Positions 1-7,140 of a DNA stretch of 64,000 nucleotides are shown here, piece by piece; position 1 is the stretch's first letter, and every line of letters begins with the position of its first letter. The stretch comes from Elusimicrobiota bacterium (lineage in GTDB: Bacteria; CG03; SLGR01; JAGXOG01): the NCBI GenBank assembly GCA_051745145.1, contig JBNJDT010000001.1, positions 32,001 to 96,000 of the forward strand. Direction: 5' to 3'. The position numbers and the translations under genes were made by a program. The notes under the pieces are model-generated. The model searched no databases. It was not told the DNA's origin and was given only the letters and a program-made list of their open reading frames with translations.

Positions 1-1597
1 ATCCTCCCCAGTGTAACCTGCCCGCCGGCTCATCAAAAATTACCAGTATTGTATATTTAGGATCATCAACCGGAACAAACCCGCCGAAAAGAGCCACATA
101 TTTATCCTCGGCATAATTCCCGGTACCCGGTTCAGATTTCTGGGCGGTGCCGGTTTTTCCTGCTGTTTTGTAACCCGGTACTTTCCCCTGAGAACCAGAG
201 CCGTTCTCCACAACCTGATAGAGAATTTCTTTCATTTTTTCAGCCACACCGCTACTTATTACTCGCCTTACAGGCATAATTTCATAATTACGGCTGTTTT
301 TTTCAGAAACCACTTCTTTTACAATACGGGGTTCATACAAAATGCCCCCGTTCGCTATAGTGGAAAAAGCCCCTACTAGTTGGATGGCGGTAACCCCCAC
401 TTCCTGACCAAACGAAATACGAGAAACACTGGTACCCGACCATCTATCAGGCTTTCGTAAAATACCTCTTACTTCCCCGGGAAGACGAATCCCAGTAAAA
501 TTTCCGAATCCAAAATCCCGGCCATATTTATACAATAATTTTTCACCTAATCTATCTCCTATCTTTGCCAGTCCAATATTAGAAGAATAGAGCATACACT
601 CTTTAAAAGTGAGTTCATCATAGGGATTAAAATCTCTAATGGGAAAACCCCCGACTTCGTATTTCCCGCCTTCACAATCTATGACTTCATCGGGTTCTAC
701 TAAATCTTCTTCAAGAGCAGCAGCGGCGGTAACAATCTTAAAAGTGGACCCGGGTTCAAATATATTGGAAACCGCCTTATTTTTTAACTTACTATTATCT
801 TTACTTACCCCCCGGTTATTATCCCCCCCCGGGTAAGTAGCCATAGCTAAAATTTCACCGGTATGGGGGTCCTGTATTATTCCCATAGCCCATTTAGGAT
901 CATATTTTTTAAATCCTTTTTTTAACTCACGATGGACAATATACTGCAAATTTGTATCAAGCGTCAGAGTTATCTCTGCCGGTTTGTAAGCCGCTTTTTC
1001 TTTGTTTCTTATAATCCTTCTTCTGGCAGCATCAACTAATACTTTACTATCCGATTTTTTTTGTTTTAACTGCCGGTTAAAATTAAATTCAATCCCGGAA
1101 AGTCCCTGATTATCCATTCCCACCCAGCCTATAACCGAAGAAGCCAGAGGTGCCCGGGGATAAAAACGGGAATTTTCTTTTTCAATAACTAAACCTGACG
1201 AGGTATAATCATCCAACTGTTCTATTTTATAAGGTGAAACTTTACGGGCCAGCCAGAAGAATGAATTACGTGAGCTGAAAAATCTGCTAATTTTTTTATA
1301 GCCTATATTTAAATTATTACTTAAATTTCTCTTTAAATTAACTCCGGCTTTACTTTGAGCAGGGTTATACCCTATTGAATAGGAGTGTTTATTTATGGCC
1401 AACTTTTCTCCGGTTCTGTCATAAATATTCCCCCGTGAAGGAGAAGATACGGATTTACCGGTTGTATAACGATTTCTGGCTTTTTTGGCATAATAATCAT
1501 GTCTTACGAACTGCACAAATAAAAGCCGGATTCCCAACCCTCCAAAAAACAAAAAAATAAAAAAGAAGACTAAACTTAAACGCGCTTTAATTTTCAT
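1..1597 (-). CDS. ftsI: Class B penicillin-binding protein FtsI/PBP3 (3' end runs off the window start)
   Basis: Absent from the ORF track. Manual minus-strand reading from ATG 1597 gives an N-terminal hydrophobic segment, RGNIYDR, FEPGSTFK (SxxK), YSSN (SxN), AGKTGTAQ (KTG) and VIFDEP..LHWGG. Follows mraZ-rsmH-ftsL. Confidence 0.92.
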   Translation of the reverse strand, partial: MKIKARLSLVFFFIFLFFGGLGIRLLFVQFVRHDYYAKKARNRYTTGKSVSSPSRGNIYDRTGEKLAINKHSYSIGYNPAQSKAGVNLKRNLSNNLNIGYKKISRFFSSRNSFFWLARKVSPYKIEQLDDYTSSGLVIEKENSRFYPRAPLASSVIGWVGMDNQGLSGIEFNFNRQLKQKKSDSKVLVDAARRRIIRNKEKAAYKPAEITLTLDTNLQYIVHRELKKGFKKYDPKWAMGIIQDPHTGEILAMATYPGGDNNRGVSKDNSKLKNKAVSNIFEPGSTFKIVTAAAALEEDLVEPDEVIDCEGGKYEVGGFPIRDFNPYDELTFKECMLYSSNIGLAKIGDRLGEKLLYKYGRDFGFGNFTGIRLPGEVRGILRKPDRWSGTSVSRISFGQEVGVTAIQLVGAFSTIANGGILYEPRIVKEVVSEKNSRNYEIMPVRRVISSGVAEKMKEILYQVVENGSGSQGKVPGYKTAGKTGTAQKSEPGTGNYAEDKYVALFGGFVPVDDPKYTILVIFDEPAGRLHWGG

Positions 1598-1653
1598 AAC
1601 TAATATTAATCGTAGAAACTATAATTTTAATATAGTAAAAAATTGTTATATTT

Positions 1654-2040
1654 TTATTCGGCACGTGCTTCTCCGGGAGAAAACAAATTTTTAATATATA
1701 CTAATAAAGAATCCGCCTGCAAATTATAATCTTTAATCTCCTGTTTATTTACCCGGAGAACTTCAATATCAGACGGCTCAGGCAATTGCATATTAAAATC
1801 ATCTCTGGCTTTCCTATCTATATTTGCCAGTGAGCAACGGGAATGTACTTGTTTCATAAGATCCTGATTTTTTACTTCACACCTTTTTATTTCTTGTTTT
1901 AAATCCGTTATTTTATACCCAAGTTTAAATATCATTACTCTCTGCCACGTAATTAGCATTACCACTCCTATTAAAAAAACAAATAATACCCGCATAATAT
2001 TTTTTATTTTTTTTCCGGCACCTTTTCGCAACCTTCTCAT
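1654..2040 (-). CDS. ftsL: Cell division protein FtsL-like
   Basis: Basic N-terminus, one TM helix, coiled coil; lies between rsmH and ftsI. Confidence 0.75.
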   Translation of the reverse strand: MRRLRKGAGKKIKNIMRVLFVFLIGVVMLITWQRVMIFKLGYKITDLKQEIKRCEVKNQDLMKQVHSRCSLANIDRKARDDFNMQLPEPSDIEVLRVNKQEIKDYNLQADSLLVYIKNLFSPGEARAE

Positions 2041-3014
2041 CTTTTAACTATCTCACACGCCCTAAGATGAGCACTCCGTGCCGACCGATTTTTATTAACT
2101 TCCCTTTCAGTCGGCTGCAGGCCAGATTCTTTCAGAATTTTTATCCTCGGCGTTATAGTATCAGCTCCACAGCGACACACAGGGAAATCAGGCGGACATT
2201 CACATTTTCCGGAAAATTTTCTAAATATACTTTTAACTATCCTATCCTCTAAAGAATGGTAAGTTAATACTGCTAATCTGCCCTTATGACCATCGGAAGC
2301 AGAGCAAGACAGTAATTTCAAACACTTTGGTAAACTCTCTTTAAGGATATTAAGTTCATTATTTATAAATATTCTTAATGCCTGAAAAGTTTTTGTCGCC
2401 GGATTTCTTCCTTTCGGCGTTGATCTTTTTGCCTTACTGACTATGGATTGCAATTCTCGCGCGGTCATGATCTTTTTATTTTTCCTATACTCCTGAATTT
2501 TTTTTGCAATACGTTTAGATTCATACTCCTGTCCGTAATTTTTTAACACCTTTTCAATCTCTCCTGCCGGTGCTTTATTAATCCACCCATGAACCGGCAT
2601 TCCGAAATTAGTATTATAGCGCATATCCAACTTTTCATTACTTTTAAAACTAAATCCTCTTTTTTTAGTGGCAATTTGCCTCTGAGAGAATCCCAGATCT
2701 AATAAAATACCATCTACACAATCTATATTCAGTTTACCGAGTATCTTATCTAAATTTTCATAACTTCCATTAAATAATTTGAAACTTGCTTTTTCCTTCT
2801 GAATATCAGACAATCTTTTTTCAGCTACTTTCAACATTTCACTGTCTCTGTCTATTCCTATTAGCAAGCCGCCGGGCGTTAACCTTTTTAAAATTAATTC
2901 AGAATGTCCCCCTTCCCCTACAGTACCGTCAACAATTATATCGGCCGCATCGTTACAGAGAACTTTGATAACTTCTTTTGCAAGAACCGGCTTATGATAA
3001 TAATTTGTTTTCAA
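2037..3014 (-). CDS. rsmH: 16S rRNA m4C1402 methyltransferase RsmH (MraW)
   Basis: HKPVL, DGTVGEGGHS, DLGFS, LDMR, FQALRIFIN, YHSLEDRIVK, ARSAHLR motifs. Confidence 0.97.
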   Translation of the reverse strand: MKTNYYHKPVLAKEVIKVLCNDAADIIVDGTVGEGGHSELILKRLTPGGLLIGIDRDSEMLKVAEKRLSDIQKEKASFKLFNGSYENLDKILGKLNIDCVDGILLDLGFSQRQIATKKRGFSFKSNEKLDMRYNTNFGMPVHGWINKAPAGEIEKVLKNYGQEYESKRIAKKIQEYRKNKKIMTARELQSIVSKAKRSTPKGRNPATKTFQALRIFINNELNILKESLPKCLKLLSCSASDGHKGRLAVLTYHSLEDRIVKSIFRKFSGKCECPPDFPVCRCGADTITPRIKILKESGLQPTEREVNKNRSARSAHLRACEIVKR

Positions 3015-3023
3015 ATTGTTAGC

Positions 3024-3461
3024 TTATATATTTAAATCGACAATATTTTCGGCTAAATCAGAAAATTGGTCTTCTTTTGAAGCAGAATATTTTTCCCACC
3101 GGCCGGGATTCCAAATTTCCAGCCTGTTTAACATTCCAATTATGACTCCTTTATCTTCCAACTCTGCATATTTAGCTAAATTTTCTGGGATAAGTATTCG
3201 CCCCTGCTTATCTGAACTAATATTTTTGGCGCCGGACAAAAATACTCTCAAAAACCCCCTGCTGTCTTTTTTAGTAAGAGGGATCTCTTTTATTTTCTTA
3301 GTTATTTTTTCCCACTCTGTATCGGGGAATAAAAAAAGGCATCTTTCCATTCCTACTGTAACTACCCAATCCCGGGTAATTTTTAAGTCTGACGGAATAA
3401 AAAGACGCCTCTTTGTATCTATTTTATGTGTATATTGTCCTATTAATTTATCTGATTTCAC
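3024..3461 (-). CDS. mraZ: dcw cluster transcriptional repressor MraZ
   Basis: Two D-x-x-x-R repeats (DTKRRLFIP, DKQGRILIP) and RLEIW. Start placed at GTG 3461 (GGAG 7 nt upstream); the ORF-track TTG at 3500 lies inside the promoter. Confidence 0.95.
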   Translation of the reverse strand: MKSDKLIGQYTHKIDTKRRLFIPSDLKITRDWVVTVGMERCLFLFPDTEWEKITKKIKEIPLTKKDSRGFLRVFLSGAKNISSDKQGRILIPENLAKYAELEDKGVIIGMLNRLEIWNPGRWEKYSASKEDQFSDLAENIVDLNI

Positions 3462-3484
3462 CACTTTGCTCCATTTCGCTCCAC
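3461..3484 (-). promoter_or_regulatory. MraZ operator: three GTGG/ATGG boxes at 10-bp periodicity
   Basis: Minus strand GTGGagcgaaATGGagcaaaGTGG, overlapping the RBS and start codon of mraZ. Confidence 0.8.
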
Positions 3485-3491
3485 CGTTTTT

Positions 3492-3520
3492 TTTATACAA
3501 AAAAAACTAAATTATGTCAA
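3492..3520 (-). promoter_or_regulatory. Sigma70-type promoter of the mraZ/dcw operon
   Basis: TTGACA (3520-3515), 17 nt spacer, TATAAA (3497-3492). Confidence 0.75.
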
Positions 3521-3584
3521 GATTTTTTAATTAATATTAAGGAGGGAAATTATAAAATTAAAGTTGGGGAGTTATCCACTAAAA

Positions 3585-4016
3585 CTATTCGCTGAATTTT
3601 TGTTTTATTTTTTGATCTTCCCGGGATAAATCTTCCAGTTTTTCAGCAATACTGTTTATCTCATCAGCTATTTTTAAAAATTCATCGGCGGTTCTGAGTT
3701 GAAGATTAATATCAAAATTTCCTTTTCGAATATTTTCCAGCGCCCACTCCACTCTTTTTACGGGTCCAATAACTTTATGAGAGAGGAAAATACCCGCTAA
3801 AAATGTGGCCCCCAGTAATAACAGGACCCTTATAATATAAGCATCCCACTGCACTAATTGATTTAATCTTTCCGGAGTAACTTTAGTAGAAAGCTCCCAG
3901 TAAGTCAAGCCCCCTATAACACCGGCTCCGATTAAAACTGCCAGCATCATTACTAAAGTAAATTTCAACTGGTATTTTTTTTCAGTAAGATATATTTTTC
4001 TTTTATATTTAACCAA
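3585..4016 (-). CDS. Small two-TM membrane protein with HAMP domain
   Basis: Two hydrophobic helices, then SHKVIGPVKRV...G.F.....LRTADEF HAMP pattern; GGAGG RBS. Confidence 0.8.
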   Translation of the reverse strand: MVKYKRKIYLTEKKYQLKFTLVMMLAVLIGAGVIGGLTYWELSTKVTPERLNQLVQWDAYIIRVLLLLGATFLAGIFLSHKVIGPVKRVEWALENIRKGNFDINLQLRTADEFLKIADEINSIAEKLEDLSREDQKIKQKFSE

Positions 4017-4085
4017 TCGATTTACCTCCTGTTGCCATTTTTTTTAAAACCCAATTTATATTCAATTTGTATGCCTGTAAAACTA

Positions 4086-4333
4086 AAAAGAAACTTCTGT
4101 AAGCCGGATTCTGTTTTAACGGTCATTTATCTGGGCGGTCTACCCAAAGCTCAAATGCCACGGGCCGCGGCTCGCTTTCTATTTGACCTCGCTTTTTCCG
4201 GGGTTTAACCTTTTCACTACGGCATTTCCGTACTTAGTTTCTGTGTCACTTTCCCGAAATGCCCTGTAAAGTCCGGACTTTCCTCTCCCTAATTAATATC
4301 TAATCAGAGAGCGACCGATCAGAAGTTTCTTTT
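4086..4333 (-). ncRNA. rnpB: RNase P RNA, unusually short (~248 nt)
   Basis: GAGGAAAGUCCGG (CR-I), ACAGAAA (CR-II), GUGAAA (CR-III), AGAUAAAUGACCG, ACAGAAUCCGGCUUA (CR-V); 14-bp terminal P1 AAAAGAAACUUCUG/CAGAAGUUUCUUUU; zinc-ribbon-rnhA-rnpB synteny. Confidence 0.93.
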
Positions 4334-4380
4334 AATTATTATTTAACTTTACTCTGAAATTTTAAATCCTGCGGCCAATG

Positions 4381-4812
4381 TTATTTACGTGATTCTAGTA
4401 TTCCGGTGGCCAGACGGTGGGGAACTTTAGTATGCTCCCTGTTTAAAAACTCGTAATTTATACTGTTAAAATCCTTCTCTACTTTTTTTATTCTATTATA
4501 TATTTTTTTTAAATTCAAGTTATTTACTTTATATTTTCCATTTAATTGCCGTATTATCAACTGAGAATCGGAATATACTTTTAAGTTTTTTACTCCTAAA
4601 TCCACACTTCTTAAAAGTCCTTCTTCAATAGCTCGGTATTCAGCTACATTATTGGTAGTATGTCCCAGAAAAACGCCGGATTTATATATCTCTTCTTCGG
4701 TAGCATTATACAGAACTACACCTAAGGACGACGGACCGGGATTACCCCAGCTTGCGCCATCCGCATACATTACGTACCCTTTATCTTTTTTAGAAATTTT
4801 ATTTTTTTTCAA
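4381..4812 (-). CDS. rnhA: Ribonuclease HI family protein
   Basis: YADGASWGNPG, TNNVAEY, DSQL motifs; start probably TTG 4812 rather than 4872. Confidence 0.9.
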   Translation of the reverse strand: MKKNKISKKDKGYVMYADGASWGNPGPSSLGVVLYNATEEEIYKSGVFLGHTTNNVAEYRAIEEGLLRSVDLGVKNLKVYSDSQLIIRQLNGKYKVNNLNLKKIYNRIKKVEKDFNSINYEFLNREHTKVPHRLATGILESRK

Positions 4813-5512
4813 TATAGAGAAATCTATAGCAATTTTCACACCGGGGTAATTTTTTGCCGGATTTTGCTTCATTTATCTTTTGGGGAGTTAACTGTGAATG
4901 GCAACCCGAGCAACTCATTTTTTCCACTTTAACCAGAGCATTGCTTTTTTGGGATTTAATTTTATCATATCTTTTTAAAATATTATCTTCAATTTCTTCT
5001 CTGCACGGTTCTATTTTTTCTTCAATTTGCTCCAGGTTGGTCTGTAATTTTTTTTCTTCGTTCTTTAGAGTTTTTTGAGTGGCTTTTATCTCTTTATTTT
5101 TCTGCTCAAGCTTTTTTTCTAATTTTTTTATACTTTCTTCATTTTTATCAATTTGTTCGTAACAACTGAGAATTTCATTTTCTATTTCATCTATTTCTTT
5201 TTCCTTGTTTTTAATCTCCTGTTGCATTTTACGGTAAGCTTCATTACTCTTTAAAGTGTTTAATTTCCCCTTGTGATCAACAATAAAATCATGAGCATCC
5301 GACTGGTCCATCTCTTTAGTATTTAAAATATTTTTTGTTTCTTTTAAATCTTCCCGGGCCTGTTTTAACCTAACTTTAACATCGTCGGCTTCTTTTTTTT
5401 CTGCTTTAATTAAACGGGGGATTTCATTAAGGCGTTCCAGAATATCATTTCTGATAAGATCTAATTCCTGAAGTTTTTTTAAATTTTCTAACGTTGATTG
5501 TGTTACTTCCAT
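4799..5512 (-). CDS. Coiled-coil protein with C-terminal C4 zinc ribbon
   Basis: Long coiled coil then CSGC...CENC; ATG 5512 with AGGTG RBS (the ORF-track start overlaps a tRNA). Confidence 0.88.
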   Translation of the reverse strand: MEVTQSTLENLKKLQELDLIRNDILERLNEIPRLIKAEKKEADDVKVRLKQAREDLKETKNILNTKEMDQSDAHDFIVDHKGKLNTLKSNEAYRKMQQEIKNKEKEIDEIENEILSCYEQIDKNEESIKKLEKKLEQKNKEIKATQKTLKNEEKKLQTNLEQIEEKIEPCREEIEDNILKRYDKIKSQKSNALVKVEKMSCSGCHSQLTPQKINEAKSGKKLPRCENCYRFLYIEKK

Positions 5513-5550
5513 TAATAGCACCTTTTTTGAATTAAATTTTTCACTTTCTA

Positions 5551-5626
5551 TGGTGGGCAATGCAGGATTTGAACCTGCGGCCTTTCGGATGTGAACCGAA
5601 CACTCTCACCACTGAGCTAATTGCCC
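5551..5626 (-). tRNA. tRNA-Val(CAC)
   Basis: GGGCAAT/ATTGCCC acceptor stem, encoded CCA, anticodon arm TTCGG-TT-CAC-AT-CCGAA, GGTTCAAATCC T arm. Confidence 0.96.
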
Positions 5627-5650
5627 GTGTTAGCTTAAAAACTTTAAATA

Positions 5651-5727
5651 TGGTGGGCCCACCAGGACTTGAACCTGGGACACCCTGATTATGAGTCAGG
5701 TGCTCTAACCAACTGAGCTACGGGCCC
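5651..5727 (-). tRNA. tRNA with CAT anticodon, most likely tRNA-Ile2 (elongator Met not excluded)
   Basis: GGGCCCG acceptor stem, CCTGA-CT-CAT-AA-TCAGG anticodon arm, encoded CCA; no initiator features. Confidence 0.9.
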
Positions 5728-5781
5728 ATTAATTTTATTTTTTATATTTTTTTTATAGAAATGTCAAATTGAAAACTTTTA

Positions 5782-7026
5782 TTACCTAATAATCATAAGA
5801 ACAGTTTCCAGAGGACCGCGTTCTGTTATAAGTTTAAGGCTCGTCAAAGTAAATATTTCTTTTTCGCCCAGAGTGATTGTTTCAATATCTTCCTCTCTTG
5901 AAAATAACCTGGAAATTTCTTCTTTTAAAATTTTTAAATTAATATCTTTAACTCCTGCTCTTTTTAAGGTACCAATAAAATTTTTATTAATTTTATGAGG
6001 TACCTTATGGGGAGTTATAGTTTCAAAATATCTATTCATATAAAATATTTTAAAATCCTTATTTACTATACCTATACCCAGTGGAATATTATTTATTAAG
6101 CTTAACGCGTAAGAAGAAGAAAGAGTTTTCTCTGGTTTATAAACATCAACTTCAATTCTTCTGGCATCCGTAATTTTAACTTCAATTTCTCTGGAATCTT
6201 TGATTTCTTTTAATTTAAAATCATTGAGTCTTTTTAATTTTAAACAATTTACAGCTTTATTTAAGAACATATTTATATCATCAATATCCTGGGGATATCT
6301 AATAAAAGAGGTCGCCCCACATCTTATTGAATTTACCGGCAAATTATTTTCTTCGTTTTCCCCCAATACTATTACTTCAACCGAGACATTTAAATTATTA
6401 ATATTTTCTAATAATTCCAGGTTTTCTTCCTCTCTAAAATCCAGTATAACAACATCTATAATTCCTTTTCTCAATCTGTTAAATAACTTATTTTTATCTC
6501 CATCAACCTTAAGATCAAATTTTTGACTATTTATATTTTTACTCAACCTATCTAAAATCTCTTTTTCTTCCCCAAAAAATAAAATTTCAAACCGTCCGGT
6601 AGTTATATGCATACTTTTGTATATATTAAATGCTTTATTTACTGAACTTAATATTTTCTGCTTTTTTAAAGGTTTTCTATAATAATCGGCCGCGCCTTTT
6701 TGAATTACTTCCACCGTAATATCGTAATCTTCATAACCGGTAATTACTATTGTCTGAGAAATAGGATTTATTTTATTTATTTTTTCCAAAACATAGTCCC
6801 CGTTTTTGTCGGGTAATTTGTAATCTAGAATTATTACGCCATATAAATTATTTCGAAATTTTTCAATTGCCTTTTGAGCAGTTCCGGCGGTATCGGTATT
6901 ATACCCTTTGCTCTCTAGTAATTGGGAAAGATAGGTTCTTATATCCGGCGAGTCTTCTACAATCAGTATATCATTACTGACTTCGGTTTTTTTATCAATA
7001 CCTATTTCTTCAGTTATATACTTCAT
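5782..7026 (-). CDS. Response regulator with two receiver domains and a PAS-like C-terminus
   Basis: ILIVEDS...ILDYKLPD...ITG...KP; second degenerate REC (VVILDF); NNIPLGIGIVNKDFKIFYMN PAS-like start. Confidence 0.8.
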   Translation of the reverse strand: MKYITEEIGIDKKTEVSNDILIVEDSPDIRTYLSQLLESKGYNTDTAGTAQKAIEKFRNNLYGVIILDYKLPDKNGDYVLEKINKINPISQTIVITGYEDYDITVEVIQKGAADYYRKPLKKQKILSSVNKAFNIYKSMHITTGRFEILFFGEEKEILDRLSKNINSQKFDLKVDGDKNKLFNRLRKGIIDVVILDFREEENLELLENINNLNVSVEVIVLGENEENNLPVNSIRCGATSFIRYPQDIDDINMFLNKAVNCLKLKRLNDFKLKEIKDSREIEVKITDARRIEVDVYKPEKTLSSSYALSLINNIPLGIGIVNKDFKIFYMNRYFETITPHKVPHKINKNFIGTLKRAGVKDINLKILKEEISRLFSREEDIETITLGEKEIFTLTSLKLITERGPLETVLMIIR

Positions 7027-7140
7027 TTATATATAAATGCTAACATGAAAATTTTTAAAATTCAAATAAACTTATCTTTTATGTATAACTATAAATATTT
7101 TTTAAACTTCTTGTAACTCAATAATACCGCATTCGCGTTA

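Noticed and set aside
639..3595. Short plus-strand ORFs over the dcw genes
   Set aside because: Antisense to ftsI, rsmH and mraZ, with no recognisable motifs.
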